64,000 nucleotides of DNA from Lama guanicoe (Eukaryota), in NCBI GenBank assembly GCA_013239625.1, contig MU053513.1, positions 20,370-84,369 on the forward strand. Reading direction: 5' to 3'. This document shows positions 1-13,739 of the stretch, one piece after another (within the stretch, counting starts at the first letter, position 1; each line of letters begins with the position of its first letter). A program made the translations under genes and the position numbers. A model generated the notes under the pieces. That model made no database searches. It saw only the letters and a program-made list of their open reading frames with translations, and was not told where the DNA came from.

Positions 1-110
1 GTATATTCTGGACACAAGTCCTTTATTAGATAAATGATTTGTAAATATTTTCTCCCATGCAGTGAATTATCTTTTCACTTTCCTGATGATATTATTTGTG
101 TAATAAAAAC
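1..110 (-). mobile_element. Old L1 ORF2 fragment, running off the window edge
   Basis: gtatattctggacacaagtcctttattagataaatgatttgtaaatattttctccca is the antisense of the L1 ORF2 3' region. Confidence 0.75.
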
Positions 111-770
111 TTTTCTCACTTTCTCATTCCTTCGTTGTGCTTCTAAATGAATTACTTGCACTGAAATTCTTTTCTCTGGTAATGCTTTTGAAGGAATCTA
201 CAATGGTAGGCAATCTTGTGAGGCTTATTAAAAAGGTGATGAAAATAGTATTCCATCAGATAGAATTTCAGTACCTTCCTTTATTTTAGTTCAGTTGCCA
301 ACAGTTCGTTTCATTCAATTATCAAACTCTGAATTACAACAAATCCTTATTCACTGATGCCAAATGAGTATAAAAGTCAATGCCATATCTGTTATGCATA
401 TTTATAACTACAAGAAAATCCCATACTTGACCTGCATTCTGTAATATTTTTCTTCTTGTAAGAAATACTTTTTGTTCAGAAGTAGTGTTTACAGCCTTGG
501 CTATTCAGATTAAGGAGGAGTTGAGGGGTCTCTCACTGCCAGGAAAAAACAAAACAAAACTGTGAAGCAACACATGAAAATTCTTGGCTTCTCTCACATT
601 TTCACTATTTCACATGGAAAAAATAAAACATAGTCACTAAAAGTGCATCAATCATCACACCAAAGCATAATATCCTGCACATTGTTAAGTGGTAACTCTA
701 ACTTTGCTACAGAAAATTTGAAAACATTGCTAAGAAGCCAAGTAGGTTGAATAAGAAACAGAAATTTAAG

Positions 771-838
771 GTTTTGTTTTTTGTTTTTTTGCGGGGAAAA
801 GGTAATTAAGCTTATTTATTTATTTTTTAATGGAGGTT
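771..838 (-). mobile_element. 3' tail of a camelid-type tRNA-derived SINE (Vic-1-like), head missing
   Basis: T-rich run followed by ggtaattaagcttatttatttattttttaatggaggt, resembling the antisense tail I recall for the camelid SINE (ggtaattaggtttatttatttattttttaatggaggtactggggattgaaccc). Confidence 0.65.
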
Positions 839-879
839 CTTAAGGGATAAGACTCTGGAGACACTTAAACTAGTCAAGT
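838..879 (+). repeat. Short dispersed duplication; other copy at 2612-2653
   Basis: tcttaagggataagactctggagacacttaaact (34 bp) is identical at 838-871 and 2612-2645; 40/42 identical when extended. Confidence 0.95.
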
Positions 880-2354
880 ACTGTACAGGAATTATACCAC
901 AATAAAGGTGTTTAGAAACATTAAAAACTAAGAAAAAAGGAATTTGAACAATGCACTATCTAAGAGGAACATAACTGTAGAATAAGAAATAAATGAGCAG
1001 TTGATGTATCGAAAACTTACTTGGTTAAGGAAAGATGGCACAAGGTATGTTTCAAAGCAGAAACAGAAGTTATCAGATAAAAGGTGAGAAATCAAAGGTA
1101 ATTTTAAATTTTTAACTGAAATTTTCTTTTCAAAACTGGAGGAGACCCCTAGATACATGGTAAATATAAAATAGTTGAGGAACTCCAGTGGCTTTTCTCC
1201 CAAACACACCGATAAAGGGAGCAACAGAGTTGTTGTAAGTGAAGCCAAGGGGAATTGAGCAGGTAGCAAGACCTCGAGATAGTTTGAAATGACTGAGGAA
1301 GCTGTTTAATAAACTCACAAGGCCTCATGAAATCATCAAAAGACATCCACAGAGAAGTCAATTCAATAATTTTGCTTTTTGGAATGTGTTATTATCTGTG
1401 AGTGACTTTCTCAAAAGACATTTTAAGAAGGAGCGATGGTAGAGTGAGCACCACAATTCCAAAGAAATTCTGTCTGCGGGGTGTGGGAAAATCACTTAGC
1501 TCAAACATCAAGCCTTGAAAATCCAAGCACCCCAAACAAATAAGTGAAAACTTGTCCATTTGAGATTGTGATTTTTTTCTTTAATATATTTGAAGCACTT
1601 TTGGGGAGGGAGTACTTTCTTCCTATAAAGCAAATATAAAACAAACTGTTTTTATCATAAGCACATCAGAACCGACAAATGCTTCTTAATCCACCTTTCA
1701 CTTTGACTGATAATCCCCAGCCCCTGAAAATTTACATGAAAATCAAGTTGAGAAACACATTTTAAAAAATGTCCCCATTAAGTTTTAAGAATATTTACTA
1801 CCCTGAGCGCCGTTTTTGGTAGTCACACATAATTACATGGTGCGTCCCTGTTCTGAACCACAGCACCATGTTGAATTCAAAAAGGACAACTGTCAGCAAA
1901 GTGTAGATTATTTATTTTGTAAATTCAAGGATCTTGATTTGAATGAACTTTTTTAAAATGTTGGAAAGAGGGAGGCGAACGAAACCATTGCAAAACCCTG
2001 ATGAATTACACTGTTTGGAGAATTAAATGTTTAATGTTAACGAAGAAAAACTGGTGACACCAACACAGTCTGAAGAAGAACACTATCAGAGATTCTCCTC
2101 CAGGCAGAATGCCAGACAGCTGGAGCCAGTTTTCCACAACAGTACCTTCAGGTTTTATTTAAACTGAAATAAAGCCTGTCATCTTAGCTTCAACTGGCAC
2201 AATGAGCACAAAGCTTTTTACTCAATTTCAACATTAGTCCTACAGTTGCATCTGGTGATACACATTTGCAAATATATACGCCATAGTGTTTTTACATAGC
2301 TGGTCAAAAGCTATTGCTAAAATTCATTATTCAGCTAGAAGTAAAACAAATGAT

Positions 2355-2401
2355 TATATATATATATAATCATATATATATAAACATATATATATATATA
2401 T
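2355..2401. repeat. Interrupted (TA)n microsatellite
   Basis: Read directly from the sequence. Confidence 0.9.
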
Positions 2402-3328
2402 GACTAAATAATTAGCAAATAAATAAATAAGACTTGTAGCTTGACCTTCCCAGAAATTGTCCAATTGGAAATTGAAACATCTAGAAATGACATGAATGTA
2501 TCATGGAAATTAGGTTGACCTAATTTGGGTCATCTGTACTTATTTTTTTAAAGAACATTTCTTTCTAACTGGTAATATAATCAATAATGGTATCCAGTTC
2601 AGTCCTTGATGTCTTAAGGGATAAGACTCTGGAGACACTTAAACTCATCAAGTCAATTTGCATTTTCAGAATATTTCTCCATTCTCTCTCTTGTTTAATG
2701 ATGGATCTTAAGTCCAAGAATCATTACACTTTTTTAAACGAATGTTTTCTGTGTCCACACACATTAACAGTATCTATTCATAAAGCTTGTAGCTACACAC
2801 ATCAAGCAGGTTTGTGGTTGTCACATCCCTTTTATTGGATACATTGTTGAAATGTCTTTTCCTTACAATTATAATATATCACTATCTATGATATATATTA
2901 TATTATTAATGCAACATGTAGCTATTATCTATTCACAAAATAATAAAATTAATATTATTGAAAAATAGGAAAAAATATAAAAAAATACAAAGTGAGAATC
3001 TCATAGTTCCATTTCATAAATATACCTGCTACTAATGTTTTAGTGCATATATTATTTTTTGCAACATGGGTATTTATTTTTATATTGCTTTATAACTTAC
3101 ATTTTTTAAGTCAAATAGACCATGTCTCATGCTACATCATAAATATGTACAATTAATAAACATCTTTCTTTGTTGTCTATTACATTGTTCTAAAATTAGT
3201 TATAATAAATGCTACTGTGCTATTTCTGGGATGCTTAAATTTAAACTGTATTATACCTGTTTGTGAAACAAATATGTGGATGTGATTGGGGATTCCTTTA
3301 TAATTCAAAGGCAGCCTATGAATAATTG

Positions 3329-3720
3329 TTACCGTGATGTGCAGTAAGTGGAGACGGAGATGATACCTGTGGCAAAATCAGCATCTAATGATTTGGTTTC
3401 TTGAAAAATGTCTTCTTGAGAAAAAAAAACCTTTAATATCTCATAGTCCAGAAAGGGTCCTTCTTCACTGTTGACCTTAGGGTTTGTCAATTTGTTAACA
3501 TCACTCAAGGTATCTTTAAACTCTGAACACAACCCCAATATGCCCACAGACACTTCTATTTTGTATATTTGCCCTCCTGTCTTTTTCACACTACGTATTA
3601 TTGAAGAGCGATCAGGAGTGACCACGGCTTTTTCTTCCCCAAATGTGCACTATAATCTCACATCAGGTTTATTCAATGTTGTAAAGACACCTCAAAGTAA
3701 AAGAACAGGTTTTATTTTTA
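3329..3720 (-). mobile_element. Possible hAT (Tip100/ZMYM1-like) transposase fossil
   Basis: Minus-strand frame GVFTTLN...RSVKKTGG...CSEFKDTL...TNPKVNSE...DYEILKVF...FQETKSLDADFATGI parallels the order and spacing of hAT motifs; judged by eye only. Confidence 0.35.
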
Positions 3721-3934
3721 CTTCTGTTAAATTTGCAATAAAACCTTTTTTTTTTTTTAGTCTCAATGACAAAGTCTTCCACAAACCTTCCAAGCCTATC
3801 TTTGTAAATTAATATTGAAAAATACTGCAAGAAGCAGTGGGGCTGCATGTAGATTGCAGCCTGCTCACAAGCCCGTCTTAGGTAAACTTAGAGCAGAGCA
3901 TAATTTTTCATATGAGCACCAGGTCTATATTTTG

Positions 3935-4885
3935 ATTTTTTTGTTTGTTTCTTTTGTTTGCTAAATTTTTACTTTGGGATAATTTCAAACTACAGAAAGA
4001 GTGGCAAGAATAGTATAAAAACAACTTTATATCTTTCCCCAGAGTCTCAAAGTGTTAACATTACATCACATTTGCTATATAGTTTTATTTCTATTTGTAT
4101 GGATAGGCATTATTTTCTTCTTGGTCATTTGAGAATATAATGGTCTGTTATTCCTAAATCCTACAGTGTGCACTTTCTTAAAAGAGGGTATGCTCCTTCA
4201 TAACCACCATAAAATCATCAAAATGAAAGAAAAATTAGCATTGATATTATATTACCATCTAATCCATAGGCCTCATTAACATATTGTCATTTACTTGGTT
4301 TAGAAAGTCAGAATTCAATGGGTTATAGTGTGTTATTTTCACCATTTATTTACATGTTTAACTTTCTCAGATCTGGCAGCAGAGACCTGATTTGTGTGTC
4401 CTGTTTATATGATGGCATGATGGTGTTCTTCATGCTTTGGTCCTGGCCTTTCTCCTGGCACCAAAAAGAGATTCCAGTTGTAGCTTATTATTTCCTTAAC
4501 TCAGCTCCGGAATTGGTCATTTCTCCAAGAAGGGCTGGATTCTTTTATTGAGAACTGAATTTAAAAACGAAGATACAGATGATAGGTTCGCTCATTGATA
4601 CTGTGGTATCATTGCTGCTGAGGTGCAGGCCGGCAAAGTTTGAAGATATATATTCGTACAATCATACACGCATATCCATACATTCATATATATATATCTC
4701 CATATATTCATCTATATCAAGTCTATACCTGTATATTTACAGACAGACATGTTTAAAAAAACCTGCGTTCACACCAATATTTCTAATACCAATTCAACAT
4801 CATGGGCCTTTATGCCATCTTTCCCCGTCCACGTTTGTTACTCTCGTCTTCCAATTGTTAGAAACATGACTCCTTTTATCCCGAA
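3935..4885 (-). mobile_element. Old L1 3' UTR (L1MC-like)
   Basis: ataatttcaaactacagaaagagtggcaagaatagtataaaa and ggtcatttctccaagaagggctggattcttttattgagaac match antisense L1MC-type 3' UTR. Confidence 0.7.
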
Positions 4886-7800
4886 TATAATGATGCAAAC
4901 TCATAATCATCCCAACACTTTAATCAAAGGATGGAATCAGTTAGTTAAAAATACAATAAAAACATGTCCACTTGCTCCTCCCCATCCCTTTCTCTGTGGT
5001 TGGTGTGAAGGGTCCAGGGTCCCTCATTCAACAGAAACTGGGTGGAGAATGTGGTCGGCATGAAGGGGTGTGCTAGAACCATGACCTGTAGTGAGGACCG
5101 CATGATAATCTGTACTTGCTGAAGACCTACTATCCATAAGACGTTCTGCTAGGTGTTTGGGAAGATGTAACTCTTCATGTGCCTTTTCTTTTTGATTAGC
5201 ATAATTTAACCTCATTCTTTCTTGTCTGACTTCTCATCAATGGTTCTCTTCTGACCCTGTCTGCCATCACGCCTGTTTTTCACACTCCTTGTGACTTTCT
5301 TGTTCTCTGATGTCAGCGTGAGTTGCTAGCACAATGTCACAGTCATGGCCTGGCACTGCCTAGGGCACTTGCAAATGATATACTCCTGGACAGGCCAGTG
5401 CTTCCTACCTCTGTGCATTCTTAAAATTAGGCTGTGGAGGGAAGTTTGATCAATAATACATGAGCATATGTACGTATACACACAACACAAGCACTAAAGA
5501 TGGGAACTAAATGATAGGAAGACAGAAAACCTTCCTTTTCTTCCAACTTGTGTTCCAGGCTGTGGTCTGCTCCTAAAAGATGTATTCGTTATCAGTTTCT
5601 TAATCTTTTCTGGATGATTTTGTATATGCTTTATACTCTTCCTCCACCACATTCAGGAGCGGTAGACCCCTGAACTTTGGTAAGAAGCTATTCTATTATC
5701 TCTCTCCTGGGTTCTATGCTTACTTCCTTCTCTTTTCAAATTCTTTCTCCAGTTCAACCACTATTACCTACTACCCACACCTCAAAGCAGCATATTCCTT
5801 TTGTAAGAGCAAAAGGCAGACATAGTACAGCAGTTTGGAACACATGAATGGGATCTTTCAAGCAACACTCCTGCTAGGAAACCACAAACGTGCGTGTCAC
5901 TGAAATTGATCTCACGTCTGCTTGTTTTCTATACGATGCTGACATTCCACTTCTCACATGAATAGCAACTATTTATTTACACATCTATTCTCACGTCTAT
6001 TTATGATAGTGGTAATGAAGCCAGTTGGGAAGGGATCAGGAAATTTTTTTTCAAGTGTCTGGAATAAAGTTTTATTTTTTACTTTCTTCCTTTGCTTTTT
6101 AAATTCTTTCCAATGGTATATATGGACTGTATCTTTTAAATCTCTAAGCCTAGTTACTGACATATTGCCTAGCAGAGAATTCAGTAAGGTCTTAATAAAT
6201 GTTAAATAGTTAATGAATTAATGGGTAGGTCTGGATTAATGTATTAGTATATTATTAACTGCCTTGATAAAACTTGATTTCAGCACAGCCCAACATGCTT
6301 GAGTAAAGCAAAGCAAGATCACGTTCTGGAAGGCCTTTGCTGACGTTAGAAGGCAAAGGAACTAGCTTTGAACTTGTTTTCTGTTCACATGTAAAGTTTC
6401 CTTAAAAAGTCTTTCTGGCTTTAATTGCTGAGTCTTTAGGGAACAAAACAAAAACTTTTTGCTCTTCAGATTGGTGGCATACAGTTAGGTTTTTAATTTT
6501 TACCAAATTTTAATTTCTGATGGTTTAATTTTTTCCCCTGTATTCTAAGAGCCTCAGGATTGATCTTAAAGAACCTCCATTTTTTTGATAAGACATTGGG
6601 AGGAGGAAGCAAAAGAGGTCCCAGATTTTGTCTTAAAACTGGATTCATAGAAGATACTGCCCGACTACTTCAAGCCCCAAAGCAATACCTTTAAAATTTC
6701 ATAAAAGGTATTAGGACAATTTTTTGTCTAGTGATAATTATCGAGTTAATGAAATTTTGCTTTTTGAAAGACTTATAATCACTATAAATTATTATGTTGA
6801 ATTTAATACATTTTAATTCTCTTTTGCTAAGACTGAGCTCAACCTTACACACATACACTAAAATGCTGGCTTAATGCTAATATTGATCCATGATAATATT
6901 TGAAATCAGTATACACAGCCTCGAGAAATGAGGTGAAAGCATAGAATGTCATCTCCCCATCTCTTTTCTAACCCATGCAATTGAAAATATGTGAGTTTTC
7001 GTTTTATAACCAGGCCTAACCTCCCTTATTTTAAATGCATTGTAGAAGGCTGACTTGCAAGAGAAAAAATTCATAGAATATTTTAAAGTCCTATTGCTGT
7101 GGAGATTTATGCAAATTCCTTATGGAAATGTAGGTACAACTTTCCCTTTATCAATGATGATGCATATTTTCCTGTGAAATACAGGCTGGACTTCACCATC
7201 ACTACATGAGACTTCTCCAGTGCACTCTTTGTATGAAAAGCATTGGTGACATTTCATTGAAAAATGTCCTCAAGTTGATTTAATATTTCAAATGACTTGA
7301 GAACGTTTAAACAGTGGACTTGGACGTCCACATAAAATCCTTTTATTTTCTCTAGGAGGGCTTGGGAGCCGGGAGGAAGGGAGTGCAAGGATTGGGAATT
7401 AAAGCAGGTTTTAATAAACATACAAGTTAGTAAGAAACTTTACGGAAATTAAGAACCCATCAATGACAGGTATAACAAGGTCGTTTACAAGCCTGATGTC
7501 TAAAGTCCACAGTGATATTAGTCTATTTTGCCTATTCATTTTCCACTCTGAACTAAAGTCATGGCTTTGAACACTGGGGAGTGTTACTGAATGAAATAAC
7601 CAATTGCAAAATGGGAAATAGCTTGTTCTGAAAATCTTTCCTCAAGTGATTTTTGGACTAGACTCTGTGCAATAGAATTTTTCCTTTTCCTGGACTTGAG
7701 AAGGAAAAGAACATAGAAGCTTTGAAAATTATCATATTAAAACACATATGGCGTAAGACCTCTTTTTTACTTACCGAAAATAGTTTTGACAGGAGAAAGC

Positions 7801-8199
7801 AAGGGCTGGAGTCTGGGAGGGCAAGGAGACATGTACTTTTTAAGTTCTATTACACTGATTGATTTCATAAAAGTAACAAGCTATTTAAAAATTACACCCT
7901 CTCCTCTGATTCCCTTGTACTTTTCAACAGATGGCACCCAGCGAAGAGCATGCCATCAATCATTCTACGTGTTGCCCAGCGCTTTTCCGGTCCCACTTTT
8001 CTCGTGCCTTTCAGCGCCATTTGCCACTGTGGCATCTCTACATGTCTGTTTGCTGAAACAGTCAGCTGCCGTAGCTTGGCTTCCTAAGTCACTTGGCCCA
8101 AATTTCAGTCTCTCTCTTAAGAAAAGCTAGGCACAACGTATCGTGTCCACATGCTCAAATCAAGATGCGCGGAATTCAGAAAAGAAGCATGAACAAAGA

Positions 8200-8700
8200 G
8201 GGCATTGGTACTGAACCATCTCTCCAATTTTTATGACTCCGTTGGCCTACAGTGATTTTCAAGAAGTTAGATTTTATGGTGCATCTTTTCTTGGTGCAGC
8301 TTAATTTGATGGCTTGGATCGATAACCTCTTGCATTCAGAAGCAGCCCTAAGATTTTGACAATTCATACCAATTAAGTTCAAATGTGTCACGAAGTGACC
8401 CATCTGACACTGTCTTGTCAGTCAGTTGACAACAAGTTGCTCCTGTTGCATGAATTATAGACATGATCAGCCCCTTTGGGGATCTGCCAAAGGGCAGTTG
8501 CAGCAACAGATTAGAAGGGTAGAAAATTTAAATTTAAGGAGGGGGAATTAACTTTCACTAAGTTAATAAACACCCACACTCCTGATTACTAATGGGTATT
8601 AGCTTGCACTTTGGAACTTTCTCAGTCTGAGTGAACATATGCTACTTCAAAATGCTAGCGTGCCAAAGTTGAAAAAACATCATAACCGTAGAATTCTAAT
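8200..8700. promoter_or_regulatory. Candidate enhancer with TALE and HOX motif cluster
   Basis: Five TGACA/TGTCA sites in 8357-8431, plus TTTATGAC (8230) and TTTATGG (~8273), in sequence with no recognised repeat. Confidence 0.3.
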
Positions 8701-11006
8701 CCTCTTTTGGTTGGAATACACTGCTTGATCTATTTGAAAATGAGTGAAATCATATTAGAGACTGGACCATTTGCAGAAGTAACAACATGCTTGGCATCAC
8801 CTGTTCCTTTCAGCCTGCTCCATCCTGCTCTAGCCTGTTTGTTAGACACAATGATTTGGTTTTCTTTTCATTCTGTCAGGGATTGTGAGTACTATTCACT
8901 TTGGTTTGACCATATTCTACCTTATAATGCCTTATGATGTGTATGACAGTCCAGCTGCGTAATAGGCAGGCCCAGCGCGAAACCAAAGTCCAGATCCCCT
9001 GTCCAGCAATTGTGACTTTCAAGACGGCAACAGCCGAGCAGGAGACCAAATAGAGGCTGCTACGTGCACCGTCTCTTTCTCACGCCTGCTTAAAATCTTT
9101 AAAGACAGAATCTTTTTGTAGTTATTTTACATATTATACATGAATATGCTTTAAAAATCAAAATGTCTAAAAGAACATACAATGAAATTTGAGCAACCTC
9201 CTGCCTAAAATCCTCAGTCATCTTGTTGAGTGAGTATCACCATCAACAGAGTCTTGTGTTGGATATGTCTTATGTGTAATGCCTTTACACTTTGTAGAAA
9301 TCAGATGAGTATTTGTCAGTTGCTAAATTAGAGGAGGGGTTCTGGATATAGCAACAATGGAACTGAGTCATGGGCTTAGAGAACGCTTGACAGTTAAGCT
9401 GGAGAAAAGACCTAAATGTGCACCTTCATTTAATGAGTGAATACAGAATATCAACAGTTTTCTCTTACTACTAATTATGCTCATTTATAATGCTCAGGGA
9501 AAATTAATTTTAAGCGATACTAATTATATTGAACCCACATAGAATTCACTGTTGGCTTCATAATGGGACTTGCTTGACAAAAATCAACTGAATTGAAAGC
9601 ATATTTGAATCCCTGTAACAGTGAACCTGATTAATATGCATTAAACAGTTTGATTTAAATTAGGCTAAAATAAAACACAATTGAAAAGTCCTACTATGTA
9701 ACAGGAAATTTAATTGCATCCTTGTGTCATCCCTGTGCATCAGGGTTTGTCACCAACATTTTTAGACAAGAACATGAAGGCTTGGATTACGGAAAGAACC
9801 AGCCCAAGGTCACTGAAGCAAGTAAATGGTTTCCAAGACTGTAAACGTTACAGTTCCTACATTACCCCTTGAGTTTCCATGTTACATAAAACTGTTAAAA
9901 ATAGTTCATCCAACACGTATATCAGTTACTCACCTATTATAAGCTCCCTAAGTAAACTGATAACTATGCTACTCAGAAAATTGTCTCTCGGCATCTGGAA
10001 AAACAAAATCATCTCATCAGAATTCATCAACCCTGATAAAGTATGCAAAAGGGGAAAAACAACACAACTAGCGTCTAAACCTCAGAAACAAAACAGAAGG
10101 CGATAAAGAGAAATGACCTGGAGCCCTGTCTCCGAGCATAATTTCTTTATTTACATGCTGGATTTATATCATGCCTGCCTGCTGAAGAGCTGATGTAAAA
10201 TCTTGCACGTGGTCTGCTTTGAAAGCGAAATTTACAGAATCTGCCTGGGTTTGAAGGTGGATAACCTCACATATATTCCGAGCACTTGGTGTCTGTCTAC
10301 AAGAGAGCCTGCCTGCCACCTTGAATGGATAATTAACATTTACTTAACAGTTAACACACTTACAAGCGTTTTGCTCTCATTTTTTTTTTCCTTCTTGTTA
10401 AAAAAAATGAAGTTTTCAGTGGTGATGATGTGGTATCTGGATGAGCACGGTTAAGAGGAACAGTAGGTAATCTGCAGTCTTTTCCAACCAGAGCACATGC
10501 AAAGACTACCCATTATTTCAGCCCCTGGGGGGATAAAATGATCGTTTGCGTCATTTCTGAAGTGTGAAATGAGAGCTGTATCTTTGGCAGTGTTTAGATT
10601 TCTAACCACATGAAAGATTGGAAGTGTTTTTATTCCAATGTAAAATGAGAAGATGGTGTGATTTCAAAACACTCACGTCTGGGGAAAGGACTGAAAAATA
10701 GCATTTTTTTCCTCAGGTTGTATTTATTCTCAAATCGGCCATTTATTTATTTACTTACTTATTTTCTAATTTTTTCTATGTCTACCGTATGTAGAACAGT
10801 TTCAATAAACACAAATATTTTTAAGGCATGGTCCCAGACAAAGTAAGGCAAAAATGAGTAGAAATGATTACAGGAAATGCACTTAAATGGTAAGACGCTA
10901 TTTGAAGCAGCAAAGATGGACCATATATAATGCGCTGAGTATGGAATTAGGTGGCCTCAATGCCTCTGTGAGTTTTTCAAGAGAAAAGAAAATCTTATAG
11001 AAAAAT

Positions 11007-11042
11007 CACACACAACCACACACACACACACACACACACACA
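11007..11042. repeat. (CA)n microsatellite
   Basis: Read directly from the sequence. Confidence 0.9.
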
Positions 11043-12059
11043 AACACTTTGACAAGCCATCTTTCAGATCTGTGATGCCTGCATGAAGAAATTTAAGCAT
11101 AAGGGAAATGGGAGGAAGATGGGAATACTTTGCATGGAATGGGATCACAGCTGAAAACGCAAAGGACACACCAGCTGACATGGCTCTGGATACACGGGTC
11201 TTGTTCATACTCATATATATTGTCTCCTTGAGACTCACATAACACTGCTCGCTCCAAGATGGACCCCATGCCACTTAAGTTTCCACTAATCTAGTATTGT
11301 TTATTCTTATGTAATACAATGCTTCAAATCCTAAAACTAACTCTTCTCTGACACTAAAATCTTTTATTACTAATTTACTTAGAAAAAAAATCTATTGTCA
11401 TCTATTCTCTACGCTTGTCCCTCTCAGTAAACTAATTTATCACAGGAAGCCTTGTTTCAGTGTTAAGGTAAATAAGCTCTAATAGAGCTCTTTATGTTTA
11501 TTTTCTTTCATTACTGTTAATGCAAATAGTAGCACATAAGGTAGCTGATGAAAAAGTGACATGCCTCTCTCCCTGTCTTTGCAAAGAATGTTCTGGGAGT
11601 TCCTTTACACATCCAGTCAGGGAAGACAAGGTTCTCTCTCTCTCTCTCTTTTAGAAATATACTCTTTTAGGAAGGTTAAATTTGTTATGTATACATATGT
11701 ATCTGTTATATATACATCTATATCAGTTTTATATATATATACACATATATATATATGTTATATATATTATTTAATCTTCCTAAGAGTAACTAATTTCTGC
11801 CTCTTCCTGCTTCAAAAACCTTCAGTGTCTTCATAAAGTTTAAAGAATAAATCTTGGACTCTGGACATGGGCAATCAGCACATTCTGCAATTTGGTCCAA
11901 ATTTAATTACTGCTATTTAATTTTTTGTTTGCTTGTTTGCATCTTAAGCTCCTGGAAAACTGAACTCCGTGGTGGACACCTACCTCTGCCCAGTATATGC
12001 TTCTTTCTTCTTTCTGTATATTCAAATTCAAGGTCTGTTTTTATGCCCAGATAAAATTT

Positions 12060-12362
12060 CAGCTCATCTAAAGTCTTTCCGTTCATCTCTAAGTTAAATA
12101 ATCTCGCCTTGCTCTGAACTTACATTGTACTTTATCTCAACTTCTTTATGGCATTTGTCACTTTCAACCTGTGTAATAGTTTGTTACATAACACCAAGAA
12201 TGCATTATTTACATACGTGTTATTTTCCCCTCTCTCTCAAGATAACAAGTTCAATGAGACTCACGTCTAAATTTATCACTGCACCTGACATATCAGTAAG
12301 CCATTTGCTTTGCACTTTGAAGGTACGTGGGAGATATTTTTTAAGGAAACGAATGAATGAAG
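12060..12362 (+). mobile_element. L2 3' end
   Basis: Degenerate L2 tail ending gaatgaatga. Confidence 0.55.
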
Positions 12363-13059
12363 ATTAATGTTATAAATGAGGAAACAAGCAGGCAGCAGTT
12401 CAATGATTATCCCAAAGTCACAAAGGAAATCTGAAGAGGAAGTAAAAGTAAAAATTTTAATTCGGTAAATACAACAATTTTCAAAAATACCAGTGTGAGT
12501 AGATAATAATTCACTAAATATTCTGCATGAGCTTTTGACCTAGCATGAAACAATCAACATTTTAGGAGAAGATTCCAAACACCTCGCCTCCTTTGCCTGA
12601 CTCTGTTTTTTCACAGGTAATTTCTTTATTTTTCTAGGGACTATATAATATATGGAATTACTTGTACACCAAAATGTATACCTGAATTATTTTAGAAACT
12701 AACACTTCATATTTGGAGGTTCAAACACTCTTGATTAACAATTTTGCAGCTTGATTTTTTTCCCCGTCTTTGTGGAAGTCAGCCTCTTCTAGAAATGTTC
12801 CAGTCTCACGAGAAATACAAAGCTTTTGGTATTTTATTTCATCTAAGAATCATTTCATCACAGAATCCTTGACATTTGGTGGAAAGGCTTATTTTTTAAA
12901 AGTGTCAAATCCTATTTCAGTTCCAAGTCTCACTACAGTTTTTTTTTTAATAGAGAAGAAGAGGGTGGATATTCACAATCATAGCAACATCATGTATGTT
13001 TCATTGTCCAGCTGAATAGGCCAAAGGAGAATACCTAGCATTGCCCTTTTGCTCTTCCT

Positions 13060-13448
13060 TTTTTAAATTCATATATAGTTGATTTACAATATTGTGTTAG
13101 TTTCAAGTGTACAGCATAGTGATTCAGTAGTTTTGCAGATTATACCTCATCATACATTGTTATAAGCAATGGGTATAATTCCCTGTTCTACACAATATAT
13201 CCTTGTTTATCTATTTTACATACAGTAATTTGTATCTATTAATCCCATACCCCTATTTCCACCTCTCTTTTCCCTCTCCTCTTTATAACTGAGTTTGTTC
13301 TTGGTATCTGTGAATGTATGTTTGTTTGCACGTACATGTATTTATTATTATTTTTTAGATTCCACATGTAAGTGCTGTCATGCAGAGTGTCTTTCTGGGT
13401 CTGACCTATTTTAGTAAACAGAACATGCTCTAGGTCCAATCTTGTTGC
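13060..13448 (-). mobile_element. 5'-truncated L1 3' UTR with perfect 18-bp TSD
   Basis: Antisense tail tatagttgatttacaatattgtgttagtttcaagtgtacagcatagtgattcag; TSD tgcccttttgctcttcct at 13042-13059 and 13449-13466. Confidence 0.92.
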
Positions 13449-13739
13449 TGCCCTTTTGCTCTTCCTGTTCCTACTTCAGTCTGATGCTTTCACTATCTCA
13501 AGTTGGAAGTAAAAAGATGGCCCATCTTTAGGAAAAAATCTCCCTGTCTTTTTAGCAAACATTTTGCAACACCAGGGAAAGGGGTTATTGTTTTGTTTTT
13601 TGCTGGTACCTAGTATATCTTTTCCACATTTTATTTTCCCCACAGACTCTGACATATCCCTCCTCCATTTCTGCACATTCTTTAGTTTCACAGCTTTAAG
13701 ATCTAGGTGAGATATTGAAAAATATGTGGGTCTGCTTTC

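Noticed and set aside
928..1361. 113-aa and neighbouring minus-strand ORFs
   Set aside because: F/L/S-rich composition typical of T-rich non-coding strands; no domain recognised.
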